From contig JANTFW010000004.1 of the NCBI GenBank assembly GCA_024763245.1, positions 130-64,129 of the forward strand: a stretch of DNA of 64,000 bases, in the 5' to 3' direction. The position numbers and the translations under genes are program-made. Numbering within the stretch: position 1 is the first letter of the stretch; the number at the start of each line of letters is the position of its first letter. Of this stretch, positions 1 to 9,965 are shown in pieces. The notes under the pieces are model-generated. The model ran no database searches. It was not told the origin of the DNA and was given only the letters and a program-made list of their open reading frames with translations. The stretch is from Flavobacteriaceae bacterium (GTDB taxonomy: Bacteria; Bacteroidota; Bacteroidia; Flavobacteriales; Flavobacteriaceae).

Positions 1-3000
1 ACTTTCAAAAAATTCTAGCTATTACTTTTACCAACAAGGCAGCGACAGAGATGAAAGAGCGGATTCTCTATAATTTACAATGCTTTGCCCGAAAAGAAAA
101 AACACCTATGTGGTCGGCATTGCAGGAGGAAACCGGTTTAGAGACCAGCACAATACAAAACAGAGCACAAAAAATTACTGAGGCTATTATCCAAAATTAC
201 ACCGCTTTTTCTATTACTACGATTGATAGTTTTACCCATAAAATAATTCGGAGTTTTGCCTATGACTTTGGCTTATCATTAGATTTTGATATCGAACTTG
301 ATACCAAAAATCTCCTTCAAGAAGCAGTTGATCAGACTATTGAACAAATTGGACTTGACCCTGATTTATCAGAAGCTCTTATTACATTTTCGCTACAAAG
401 ATCAGATGACGATAAAACCTGGGATATTGAACATACCTTATCCGATTTTGCTGAAATTTTGTTAAATGAAACAGAAAATCAAGCCTTCCAAAAGATTAGC
501 AAAAAAGATTTTTCGGATTATAAACAACTACAAAAAATAATTGACACCAAACAAAAAGCTAACGTGGAACAGCTGCTAAAAATTGGAAATGAAGGTCTTG
601 GTTTATTAAAAGCAAATCATCTATCTGACGATCTCTTTTCCTATAAAATGCTTCCCAACTTTTTTAATGCCTTACAGTCAAAAAAAGAAATTTCCAAACT
701 TTTTGAAGAGGGAAAATTAGCCCGTCGATTCGAAGAAAACAAGCTAATAAAAAAAACTTGTTCAACACAAGATAAGCAAGCCTTTGAAAACAACTTTCAA
801 CACTTTTTCGATCTGTATCTTAGAGCAGAACGGCTATACAGCACACACAATCTATTGTTGTTGTTTAAGGATAGTATAATTCCTTTAGCCGTTTTGTCCT
901 ACATTAATAATGCCTTAGAAAAAATAAAGGACGAAAATAATATCCGTTTAATAACGGAATTCAATGACCTTATTTTTAAAAAGATTCAAAAAGAACCTAC
1001 TCCTTTTATTTACGAACGACTGGGTGAAAAATATAAACATTATTTTATTGATGAAATGCAGGATACTTCCATTCTACAATGGAAAAATTTAGCCAAACTT
1101 ATTGAAAATTCCATTACACAAGAAGGTGGTTCGCTTATGCTAGTAGGCGATGCCAAACAGGCTATTTATAGATGGAGAGGCGGTGCATCCGAGCAGTTTA
1201 TACAACTGTCAGACCCAATGGACTCGGCACCTTTTATGATACCCAAAGACATCGTTTCGCTAGATACCAATTATAGAAGTTTTTCCGAAATCATTGCATT
1301 TAACAATCAATTCTTCAAACACATCGCCCAATTTTTACAAAACACGAGCTATAAAAAGCTTTATCTAGAAGGAAATCAACAAAAATTTAACACCCAAAAA
1401 GGGGGTTATGTACAATTAGAATTTTATAATCCGGAGGAGGAAACTTTAGAAAAAAACCTTCAAATTCCAGATAAAGTACTTCGAACCATCAGGTCATTAG
1501 AAAACGATTTTGAGCAAAAGGACATCTGTATCATTGTTCGAAAAAGAAAAGATGCCATAGCTATTGCCAACTATCTGACGGAACATGATATTCCCATCAT
1601 ATCGTCTGAAACCTTACTCTTATCCAATCATCCCAAAGTAATGTTTCTAATACATTTGTTGCAATTAATCCGGCAACCAAAAGATAAGGAAAAAGCCATT
1701 TCTATTCTAGATTTTTTATACGACACAGCAAATATTCAGACCGATAAGCATCATTTTTTTAGCCAATTTACTGCGCTTTCAGAAAAAGATTTTTATACCA
1801 AATTAGGCGATTTTGGATTCCATTTTAATCTAAAAACATTCCACGAGAAATCTTTATACGATGCCATTGAATACAGTATGCGCTCTTTTCATTTAGCAAA
1901 TTCGCCCAATGCATATCTCCAATTCTTTTTAGAAGCTGTTATTGATTTTCAAAGTCAAAAGGGCAGTGATTTAGTGGGCTTCTTAGATTTTTGGGTGGTT
2001 CAAAAAGACAAGCTCAGCATTCATATACCCGAAGGAAAAAATGCCGTTCAAATAATGACCATTCACAAAGCCAAAGGCTTACAGTTTCCGGTAGTTATTT
2101 TTCCGTATGATTTAGATATTTATCAACAAGTCAATCCTAAAATCTGGTATCCTATTGCAACACCCGAAATCTATCAAAACTTTAGCGCTCTTTATATTCC
2201 CTATTCCAAAAAACTTCAATTTACCGATGAACAAGGAGCAAGCCTTTTTCAAAAAAGACGAGAAATATTAGAGTTAGATAATTTTAATCTGTTGTATGTA
2301 GCACTAACCAGAGCTGTAGAACAATTATACATTATTACCGAATACAAAAAACAAGAAAAAAAACAGTATTTCTCCGGCTTATATATAGATTTTCTTAAAA
2401 AGAATAATCTTTGGAATACCGATCAATGGGTGTACACTTTTGGAAACAAAAAAAGGGAAATCCGTACAGAAACTACTGTAAATAATTGTAAAGCCAACCC
2501 TACACAGCATATAGAAGCAGAGCTTTTTATCAGTTCGGATATTCAAGAACACAAAGTTGCTTTATATACAAAATCCGCCTTATTATGGGATACAGATCAA
2601 GGAAAAGCTATAACCTATGGAAATCTACTTCATGAAATTCTAGCTCAGATAAAAACGAAGGATGATATAGAAACGACCTTACAAAAGTTACTATCTCAAG
2701 GAATCATCGACACGGAACAAATCACCCATATCAAACCCAAACTAATGGCTATTGTTACACATCCAAAACTTAAAGCCTATTACCAACAGAACTTAAGGAT
2801 TTTTAACGAAAGAGAAATCGTAACTCAAGAAGCCAAGAATATCATTCCGGATCGACTTATTCTTTACCCCGATAATTCAATGGTTATTCTCGATTATAAA
2901 ACAGGCGCCAAAGATTCTAAGCACCACCAACAATTACAGGAATATGGGAATATCCTAACTCAGATGGGCTATACCATCATCAAAAAAACACTCATTTATA

Positions 3001-3038
3001 TAGGAGAATCTGAAATCGATATCCAATATGTAGATTAA
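1..3038 (+). CDS. UvrD/AddA-type ATP-dependent helicase with C-terminal PD-(D/E)XK nuclease (5' end lies outside window)
   Basis: The frame is open from nt 3 (FQKILAITFTNKAATEMKERI, a UvrD-type TFTNKAA motif), so the ATG at 51 is internal. Helicase motifs DEMQDTS, VGDAKQAIYRWRGG, TIHKAKGLQFP and LLYVALTRA are present. C-terminal VILDYKTG is a nuclease motif. Confidence 0.85.
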   Translation, partial: FQKILAITFTNKAATEMKERILYNLQCFARKEKTPMWSALQEETGLETSTIQNRAQKITEAIIQNYTAFSITTIDSFTHKIIRSFAYDFGLSLDFDIELDTKNLLQEAVDQTIEQIGLDPDLSEALITFSLQRSDDDKTWDIEHTLSDFAEILLNETENQAFQKISKKDFSDYKQLQKIIDTKQKANVEQLLKIGNEGLGLLKANHLSDDLFSYKMLPNFFNALQSKKEISKLFEEGKLARRFEENKLIKKTCSTQDKQAFENNFQHFFDLYLRAERLYSTHNLLLLFKDSIIPLAVLSYINNALEKIKDENNIRLITEFNDLIFKKIQKEPTPFIYERLGEKYKHYFIDEMQDTSILQWKNLAKLIENSITQEGGSLMLVGDAKQAIYRWRGGASEQFIQLSDPMDSAPFMIPKDIVSLDTNYRSFSEIIAFNNQFFKHIAQFLQNTSYKKLYLEGNQQKFNTQKGGYVQLEFYNPEEETLEKNLQIPDKVLRTIRSLENDFEQKDICIIVRKRKDAIAIANYLTEHDIPIISSETLLLSNHPKVMFLIHLLQLIRQPKDKEKAISILDFLYDTANIQTDKHHFFSQFTALSEKDFYTKLGDFGFHFNLKTFHEKSLYDAIEYSMRSFHLANSPNAYLQFFLEAVIDFQSQKGSDLVGFLDFWVVQKDKLSIHIPEGKNAVQIMTIHKAKGLQFPVVIFPYDLDIYQQVNPKIWYPIATPEIYQNFSALYIPYSKKLQFTDEQGASLFQKRREILELDNFNLLYVALTRAVEQLYIITEYKKQEKKQYFSGLYIDFLKKNNLWNTDQWVYTFGNKKREIRTETTVNNCKANPTQHIEAELFISSDIQEHKVALYTKSALLWDTDQGKAITYGNLLHEILAQIKTKDDIETTLQKLLSQGIIDTEQITHIKPKLMAIVTHPKLKAYYQQNLRIFNEREIVTQEAKNIIPDRLILYPDNSMVILDYKTGAKDSKHHQQLQEYGNILTQMGYTIIKKTLIYIGESEIDIQYVD

Positions 3039-3835
3039 TGCATAGTAAAATCATCCCAATCTAATCCAACCTTAAAATTTTCACGAACCTCTTTTAATTG
3101 TTTTGTATCTATACAATGGTGGATAAGTTTTTCTGTATAATCTGGAGCCTTAGTAAGCACCTTACCTGTTGGACTTAAAACTTGTGTATCACCACTATGT
3201 TGCAGTCCATGGTTATCAATCCCTACTCTATTCACCCAAAGAACATAGGCTTGATTTTCTATGGCTCTGGCTTGTAATAAAGGTAAATAGGCGTTTTTTC
3301 TAACTTCAGGCCAATTAGCCACATAGATTATTACATCATAATTATATGTGTTGGTTGTAGCATTATACGTATTTCTAGAAGCCACCGGAAAACGTAAATC
3401 GTAACAAATCTGTAGTAAAAATTTTGTGTTTTTATAGGAAATAATGATACGTTTTTCGCCCGGCGTTATAGTTTGATGTTCATTGCCCATTTGAAACAGA
3501 TGCCGTTTATCGTAATACCGGTAATCGCCATTAGGAAACATCCAAAACAATCGATTATAAAATTTGTTATTCTCCTCAAAAAGAATACTCCCTACTATGA
3601 TTTTTTGTAATTTCTTTGCCTTATTTTTTAACCACTTTAAAGGAATACTACCTATGGAAATTTTCTTTGGATTGGGGTTCACCGTGAATGCCGTTGCAAA
3701 CATTTCGGGTAATACAATCAGATCCGTATCGGTTTCTGCCGATGCCAATAACACATCAAATTTTTGAAGATTTTTATCAACAGCATCCCAAAGTAAATCT
3801 GCTTGAACCAAGGCTATTTTAATGGAATCTTGCAT
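3035..3835 (-). CDS. carbon-nitrogen hydrolase family protein (omega-amidase, YafV/Nit2-like)
   Basis: Nitrilase-superfamily motifs LPEMFATAF (Glu) and LLQICYDLRFP (catalytic Cys). The ATG at 3835 overlaps the upstream TGA (TGATG). The track start at 3838 is a TTG one codon earlier. Confidence 0.8.
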   Translation of the reverse strand: MQDSIKIALVQADLLWDAVDKNLQKFDVLLASAETDTDLIVLPEMFATAFTVNPNPKKISIGSIPLKWLKNKAKKLQKIIVGSILFEENNKFYNRLFWMFPNGDYRYYDKRHLFQMGNEHQTITPGEKRIIISYKNTKFLLQICYDLRFPVASRNTYNATTNTYNYDVIIYVANWPEVRKNAYLPLLQARAIENQAYVLWVNRVGIDNHGLQHSGDTQVLSPTGKVLTKAPDYTEKLIHHCIDTKQLKEVRENFKVGLDWDDFTMH

Positions 3836-4971
3836 CAAATTGTCTTTAGAATTGCTACGGCTTTTAACAGCGTTTTTTCCTCTTTAGGAAAAGCAAATCG
3901 CAAGATGTTTTGGTTGCGCTTGTTGTGATAAAAAGAGGAAACCGGTATAGAGGCTATTCCCTTCTCTATAGTCATTCTTTTTGCAAAATCAAACTCAGCT
4001 TCATCAGAAATGGCACTGTAATCTAAAAGCTGAAAATAGGTGCCGTGAGAAGGAATCACTTTAAAACGGGAATCCCCTAGATTATTTACAAAAAAATCTC
4101 TCTTTTTTTGATAAAAATCCGGTAAGGACAAATAATTCTCTTTATCTGATAAATAGGAAGCTAAAGCATATTGAATAGGGGTATTTACACAAAACACATT
4201 AAATTGATGTACTTTGCGAAACTCCACCATCAAATTTGCAGGAGCTACCACATAGCCCATTTTCCATCCGGTAGCATGAAAGGTTTTTCCGAAAGAATAA
4301 ACCGCGATAGTCTGTTGAAATAAATTGGGATATTTTAGCGCTGATTGATGCTCTAATCCATCAAAAATAATATGTTCATATACTTCATCACTTATAACAA
4401 CAATCTCAGTATCTTGAACCAAAAGGGCTAATTGCTGCATATCCGATTCTTCAAAAACAAACCCCCCCGGATTATTTGGAGTGTTTATTATAATCAACTT
4501 AGTTTTGTCAGAAACAGCATCACGAACTTGATTCCAATCAATTTTAAAGTCAGGGGCAAGTAATTGGATATATTTAGGAATACCACCATTTAATTTTACT
4601 GCCGGAGCATACGAATCATATGCCGGTTCAAAAATAATCACTTCATCGCCTATTCCCACGAAAGCCGTAATAGCCGTAAACAAGGCTTGGGTTGCACCGG
4701 CAGTTATAGTGATTTCGGTATCGGGATTTACTTTGTTATGATATAAACCTTCAATCTTGGAAGCAATGGCTTGACGTAATGCTAACACACCGGGCATAGG
4801 AGCGTATTGATTTTTTCCGTCTTTCATTTGACGATAAATAAAATCAATTAATACTTCTGACACTTCAAAATCAGGGAAACCTTGCGATAAATTAATAGCA
4901 TTATATTTATTGGCCAGCCCGGACATTACCGCAAAAATAGAGGTTTCGGTTTGTGGAAGTTTACTTTTCAT
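3835..4971 (-). CDS. class I/II PLP aminotransferase (YbdL-like methionine/glutamine transaminase)
   Basis: Motifs NLSQGFPDF, IINTPNNPGG and YSFGKTF (PLP lysine); 378 aa. Confidence 0.85.
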   Translation of the reverse strand: MKSKLPQTETSIFAVMSGLANKYNAINLSQGFPDFEVSEVLIDFIYRQMKDGKNQYAPMPGVLALRQAIASKIEGLYHNKVNPDTEITITAGATQALFTAITAFVGIGDEVIIFEPAYDSYAPAVKLNGGIPKYIQLLAPDFKIDWNQVRDAVSDKTKLIIINTPNNPGGFVFEESDMQQLALLVQDTEIVVISDEVYEHIIFDGLEHQSALKYPNLFQQTIAVYSFGKTFHATGWKMGYVVAPANLMVEFRKVHQFNVFCVNTPIQYALASYLSDKENYLSLPDFYQKKRDFFVNNLGDSRFKVIPSHGTYFQLLDYSAISDEAEFDFAKRMTIEKGIASIPVSSFYHNKRNQNILRFAFPKEEKTLLKAVAILKTI

Positions 4972-4986
4972 TGAATGGATTCTATA

Positions 4987-5679
4987 TTATGATTTTTCAA
5001 AATTTTCTAATCGTTTTTCGACTCCTTTTAATGGAATGTGTTCTTTAGGAAATATCCCTTTAGATACTAATGCCAATCCAAAAACCATAAGAACAATACC
5101 TATAACTCGTTTCATTTTATAGACCGTAGTGGGTTTCATTTTATCTTTAAGTTTTTTGGCCAATAGTATTTTACCGACATCGGTTGCCAAATAGGAGAGT
5201 AAAACGGTGGTAAAAAACCAAAATATTTTAGGTTCATCCATTTGAAATTTTGCTCCATAAACAACTATCATCCCTAACCAAAATCCTAACACTCCAATAT
5301 TGATAAAATTCAACAAAAAACCTTTTACAAAAAGGTTTACATAATTCGTTTTGGGAATTACTACCAGCGTTTCGTCTTGTATTATTGCTTTTTGTTTTTG
5401 ATTTAAAAAAGAATACAGACCATACACTACAAGTATAAGTCCTCCAAAGATAAATAACATAGGATTATCCTTAATTTTCATCAGGACAAAACGGCTTCCA
5501 AAATAAGCAATTAACAAAAAAACTACATCGCCCAAAACCACTCCTAAATCAAAAGAAAAAGCAGCTCGAAAACCTTTAAGAATACTAGTTTGAATCAACA
5601 TAAAGAAGACAGGACCTATCATAAAAGCAAGGAAAAATCCTACAATAATTGCTTCCTTTATGTCGAAAAATGTCATCAA
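4987..5679 (-). CDS. LysE/RhtB family amino-acid exporter
   Basis: 230-aa polytopic membrane protein with a LysE-like N-terminus and about 6 hydrophobic segments. Confidence 0.65.
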   Translation of the reverse strand: MMTFFDIKEAIIVGFFLAFMIGPVFFMLIQTSILKGFRAAFSFDLGVVLGDVVFLLIAYFGSRFVLMKIKDNPMLFIFGGLILVVYGLYSFLNQKQKAIIQDETLVVIPKTNYVNLFVKGFLLNFINIGVLGFWLGMIVVYGAKFQMDEPKIFWFFTTVLLSYLATDVGKILLAKKLKDKMKPTTVYKMKRVIGIVLMVFGLALVSKGIFPKEHIPLKGVEKRLENFEKS

Positions 5680-5688
5680 AACGGGTTC

Positions 5689-6708
5689 TTAAATATCAAA
5701 GTTAACATGTAATTTATCGGTTGTTGCCCTCGCCACGCAAGTTAACACTTTTCCTTCAGCTATTTCATCCTCATTTAAAGTGGTGTTTTCTTCCATATTG
5801 GCTTGCCCTTCTACAATTTTTGCCATGCAACTGGTACAAAACCCACCTTGGCAAGAATAAGAAGGATCCAGACCGGCTTGAATTGCCGCATCAAGTACTG
5901 TAACATCTTTAGCAACCGTAATTTCTTTTTGCTCCCCATCTAAAACAAGGGTCATCGTTACATTTTTAGATTTTTTAGGTTTTGTAAACAATTCATAAAA
6001 GATAGCTTCCTCCGAAATACCATTCGCCAAAAGGCTTGATGAAATTTCCTCTTTCATGCCTTCTTGTCCACAGATAAAGAAACGATTCCACGGCGTATCA
6101 CCAAAACTATCTTTAAGCGCAAAATCAACTAATCTCTTGGTAATCCTACCGGTAAGGGCACCGGGAATTGCCTCTTTACTAAACACAAATTGAAGAAAAA
6201 AACGACTGGGGTATTTCTCCTGTAAAGCGACCAATGTATCTTTAAAAATAGTATGCTGTTCCGTACTATTTCCATAGAACAAGCCAAATTTACTCTTTGG
6301 CTCATTTTCTAAAACCGCCAAAATCATAGGATATATAGGGGCAATACCACTACCGCTAGCAAAGGCTAAATAATTATTTGCGTGAGATTCCTCTACGGGT
6401 AAAATAAAATTTCCCTTTGGGGTAGAGACCTCTAATGTATCCCCAACCTGTAGTTGAGTATTTGCAAATGTAGAAAAATCACCATTAGGTGTTTCCTTAA
6501 CTGTTATTTGTAAGGATTCTGAAAAAGGAGATGCTGTAATAGAATAAGCACGCTTATATTCTTTTCCTTCGATCTCTTTATGAACAAAGACGTATTGTCC
6601 CGGAATAAAAGCGTACTCTTTTTTGAGTTCATCAGGAATATCAAAACCTATACTTACCGTATCAGGTGTTTCTTTAATCAACGCTGTAATGGTCAATGGG
6701 TACATCAT
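5689..6708 (-). CDS. ferredoxin-NAD(P) reductase-like oxidoreductase with C-terminal plant-type 2Fe-2S domain (PaaE/PaaK-like architecture)
   Basis: RAYSI FAD motif, GSGIAP NAD(P) motif, and C-terminal CQGGFCTSC...LTC cysteine cluster. Confidence 0.8.
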   Translation of the reverse strand: MMYPLTITALIKETPDTVSIGFDIPDELKKEYAFIPGQYVFVHKEIEGKEYKRAYSITASPFSESLQITVKETPNGDFSTFANTQLQVGDTLEVSTPKGNFILPVEESHANNYLAFASGSGIAPIYPMILAVLENEPKSKFGLFYGNSTEQHTIFKDTLVALQEKYPSRFFLQFVFSKEAIPGALTGRITKRLVDFALKDSFGDTPWNRFFICGQEGMKEEISSSLLANGISEEAIFYELFTKPKKSKNVTMTLVLDGEQKEITVAKDVTVLDAAIQAGLDPSYSCQGGFCTSCMAKIVEGQANMEENTTLNEDEIAEGKVLTCVARATTDKLHVNFDI

Positions 6709-6808
6709 ACTATGTAATTTTTATCAGTAGTTTTGAGTTATTTTTAAGTGGGTAAAGGTACTAACAAAGCTGTTATAATAAAATGTTAAATATTATGTTT
6801 TATAATTT

Positions 6809-6829
6809 GTATTCTTTCGTTAAGAATAC
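6809..6829. promoter_or_regulatory. perfect 8-bp inverted repeat GTATTCTT-N5-AAGAATAC overlapping the -7 box of the downstream OMP gene
   Basis: Read directly: 6809-6816 is the reverse complement of 6822-6829. The right arm overlaps TACCTTTG at 6827-6834. Confidence 0.4.
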
Positions 6830-6834
6830 CTTTG
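6827..6834 (+). promoter_or_regulatory. putative Bacteroidota -7 promoter box (TACCTTTG)
   Basis: Matches TAnnTTTG, 28 nt upstream of the ATG at 6863. Confidence 0.5.
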
Positions 6835-6862
6835 TCGTTTATTGTTAATTCAACCTATAAAT

Positions 6863-8089
6863 ATGAAAAAATTATTGCTTCTCTCCTTTTTGTTTGTATT
6901 TCTTAAAATTCAATCCCAAACTGACACTACGCCGCTATCCATATATCTTGATTGTGCTTCTTGCAATACAACCATGATTAAACAAGAATTAAAAAATGTA
7001 TCATTTGTAAGAGATCAAAAAGATGCCGACGTGCATGTTTTTTTTACTATCCAACAAAATGCAAATGGAGGAGGTTCTTATGAAATTGAATTTATTGGAA
7101 AAAAACAATACGAGGCACTTCACGACAAATTGTTCTTCAATACAAATGCCGATATGTCAGAATTAGAAGTCACCAATAAAATCCTTCAATATATTCGAAT
7201 CGGTCTACTCCGCTTTTGGGTAAAAAACGGCTTAGGAGAAAAAATTACAGTTCACGTCAAAGAGCCCACAACAGATGATTCTGAAAAAACTGAAGATCCT
7301 TGGCATAAATGGTCTTTTAGATTGGGACTAAACGGGTGGTTTAACGGTCAGGAAACTTCGAAGTTTCACAACCTAAATGCAAGTGTTTCCGCTGAACAGA
7401 TTACCGACAAAAATAAATTTGAATTTAACGCCGGACTCTCACAACAAAAATCTACGTTTCAGTATGGCGATGAAGTAATAATCTCAGATAAAAAATCAAA
7501 ATACATGAATATTAGTGATGTCATCAGTATTAATGATCATTGGTCAGCAGGTTTGTTTACCACTATGGGTAACTCTGTATTTAACAATTATCATTACTAT
7601 TTAGATATTCAACCGGGAATTGAATACAATTTTTTTCCATATTCAAAATCAGCTAAAAAACAAGTAATCCTATCGTACAAAATAGGAAGTCGTTATAACG
7701 ATTATTATGAAACGACTATCTTTAATAAAGATGACGAATTACTATGGAAACATTCTGCACTAGCTGGAACTTCTTTTAGGGAAAAATGGGGTCAAATATC
7801 TGCTAACATAGAATACAACAGCTACCTACACGACAGTTCTCTCAACGAATTCAATGTTTATCTCAATACCAACATCCGATTATTTAAGGGGTTCTCATTG
7901 CATCTTTATGGTCTGTACGGCATAACACATAATCAAATAAATCTATCGGCAAATGGAGCGACACTTGAGGATATGTTACTACAACAAAGACAAATACGTT
8001 CCGGATATAACTATTTTGGCAGCATCGGTATTAACTATTCTTTTGGATCTATCTACAATACGGTTGTAAATTCCAGATTTGATTTTTAG
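6863..8089 (+). CDS. hypothetical outer-membrane beta-barrel protein
   Basis: Signal peptide MKKLLLLSFLFVFLKIQSQ, alternating aromatic/polar beta-strand pattern, C-terminal ...SRFDF. The ATG at 6863 is preferred over the TTG at 6842 because of the promoter box. Confidence 0.6.
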   Translation: MKKLLLLSFLFVFLKIQSQTDTTPLSIYLDCASCNTTMIKQELKNVSFVRDQKDADVHVFFTIQQNANGGGSYEIEFIGKKQYEALHDKLFFNTNADMSELEVTNKILQYIRIGLLRFWVKNGLGEKITVHVKEPTTDDSEKTEDPWHKWSFRLGLNGWFNGQETSKFHNLNASVSAEQITDKNKFEFNAGLSQQKSTFQYGDEVIISDKKSKYMNISDVISINDHWSAGLFTTMGNSVFNNYHYYLDIQPGIEYNFFPYSKSAKKQVILSYKIGSRYNDYYETTIFNKDDELLWKHSALAGTSFREKWGQISANIEYNSYLHDSSLNEFNVYLNTNIRLFKGFSLHLYGLYGITHNQINLSANGATLEDMLLQQRQIRSGYNYFGSIGINYSFGSIYNTVVNSRFDF

Positions 8090-8185
8090 CTTGAGTCAGG
8101 ATTAACTCCTTTGCCCCTCCTGAATTTAGGGAGGAAGTTGTGAAAACGTATCTTAACCACAAAAAACTTGGCTCGACGTCACGTA

Positions 8186-9892
8186 TTATACAATACCTTC
8201 TTCCTTAATATCTTTTATCTTGAGTTGAATACTGGTAAATCCATTCCACGTATTTTCTTCTACGGTAAATACCGCTTTAAACGGTTTTTGTATTAGTGGA
8301 AATGCATGGCCTAAACCAAAGCCAATAGCATTATAGGTTTTAGGATTTGCCCCTTCAACAATGCTGAGTTTTAAATGGGATTTATCTTCTCCTACACGTT
8401 TTCCATAACCATTGTCACGCAAGCCGCTTGCCATAAAAAAAGGATGCATATTATGAGGGCCAAAGGGAGCCATTTGTTGAACAATTCTATAAAATTTTGG
8501 CGTAATATCCGAAAGTTCCAATTCACTATCAATACGAATTTCGGGCTCTCTTAATTCGGGTGGAATACGTTCTTTAACAACCGCTTCAAACGCAGCCTTA
8601 AACGCCAAATAATTTTCTTCTTTAATCTTTAAACCGGCAGCATATTTATGGCCACCCCACTGTTCAATAAGGTTCTCACAAGCCTCTAATGCACTATAGA
8701 GATCAAAACCACTAACAGAACGAGCAGAAGCCGTTAAAAAATCTTTATTTTTAGTAAAAACAATTGTTGGACGGTAGTAGGTTTCTATCATACGTGAAGC
8801 GACAATACCAATAACCCCTTTATGCCAGGATTCGTTGTAAACTACACTGGTAAAATTTTCTTCCTCATTGTTCTCAATAATCTGATTTATTGCTTTTTGC
8901 GTTATTTGTTTATCTAAATCTTTGCGTTCTATATTAAAATCATTTATAGCTTTGGCCATCTCTTTTGCCTTGTCATAATCGGTTTCTAAAAGAATCTCAA
9001 CAGCATAATTTGCATGTTTTAATCGTCCGGCTGCATTAATTCTTGGTGCAATACCAAAAACCACATCAGTAATACTCAGCGTTTCTTTTTGATAAGCTAT
9101 TTTCTTCAAAGCAGCAATACCTATACTGGGGTCGGTATTAATGACCTGCAAACCAAAATAGGTTAACACCCTATTTTCACCAATAATAGGTACAATATCT
9201 GCAGCTATACTCGTGGCAACTAAATCTAAATAAGGAATTAAATCTTCTAATAAACCTCCATTTTTTTCATGTAAAGCTTGTAATAACTTAAATCCGACAC
9301 CACAACCACTTAATTCCTTAAAAGGATATGCACAATCCTTACGTTTTGGATCTAAAACTGCTACTGCCTCCGGTAAGTCATCCCCCGGTGTATGATGATC
9401 ACAAATAATAAAATCAATATTTTTTTTAGTAGCATAAGCCACTTTATCCGTGGCCTTAATACCACAGTCTAAAGCAATGATTAGTGAAAAGTCATTTGCT
9501 TCGGCATAATCAATCCCCTGATAAGAGATCCCATAGCCTTCATTATCACGATCGGGAACATAGGTACCAATTCTATCCTCCTGTACTGTTTTTAAATAGG
9601 AACTCACTAGGGCTACTGAGGTGGTACCATCTACATCATAATCGCCATACACTAAAATATTTTCATCCTCAGCTAAGGCTTTTTCAATTCTATTTACCGC
9701 TACAACCATATCTTTCATCAAAAAAGGATCGTGTAAATGGGATAATTCAGGTCTAAAAAAGGCTTTAGCCTGCTCATACGTTTCTATACCGCGTTGTACG
9801 AGCAAGCGAGCATTAATTTTATCAATATTTAACGCTTTAGCGAGTACCGCTACCTTCTTTGGATTGGGTTGGTTTTTAAAAGTCCATCGCAT
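8186..9892 (-). CDS. recJ: single-stranded-DNA-specific exonuclease RecJ
   Basis: DHH-family motifs GDYDVDGTTS and ICDHHTPG; DHHA1 motif GGHKYAAG; 568 aa. Confidence 0.9.
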   Translation of the reverse strand: MRWTFKNQPNPKKVAVLAKALNIDKINARLLVQRGIETYEQAKAFFRPELSHLHDPFLMKDMVVAVNRIEKALAEDENILVYGDYDVDGTTSVALVSSYLKTVQEDRIGTYVPDRDNEGYGISYQGIDYAEANDFSLIIALDCGIKATDKVAYATKKNIDFIICDHHTPGDDLPEAVAVLDPKRKDCAYPFKELSGCGVGFKLLQALHEKNGGLLEDLIPYLDLVATSIAADIVPIIGENRVLTYFGLQVINTDPSIGIAALKKIAYQKETLSITDVVFGIAPRINAAGRLKHANYAVEILLETDYDKAKEMAKAINDFNIERKDLDKQITQKAINQIIENNEEENFTSVVYNESWHKGVIGIVASRMIETYYRPTIVFTKNKDFLTASARSVSGFDLYSALEACENLIEQWGGHKYAAGLKIKEENYLAFKAAFEAVVKERIPPELREPEIRIDSELELSDITPKFYRIVQQMAPFGPHNMHPFFMASGLRDNGYGKRVGEDKSHLKLSIVEGANPKTYNAIGFGLGHAFPLIQKPFKAVFTVEENTWNGFTSIQLKIKDIKEEGIV

Positions 9893-9965
9893 AAATTTCG
9901 GGTTTTCTAAACAATTTTTGGAAAGGTAAAGGTAAAAAAAAGAAAATACCTATATAGATCAGGGA

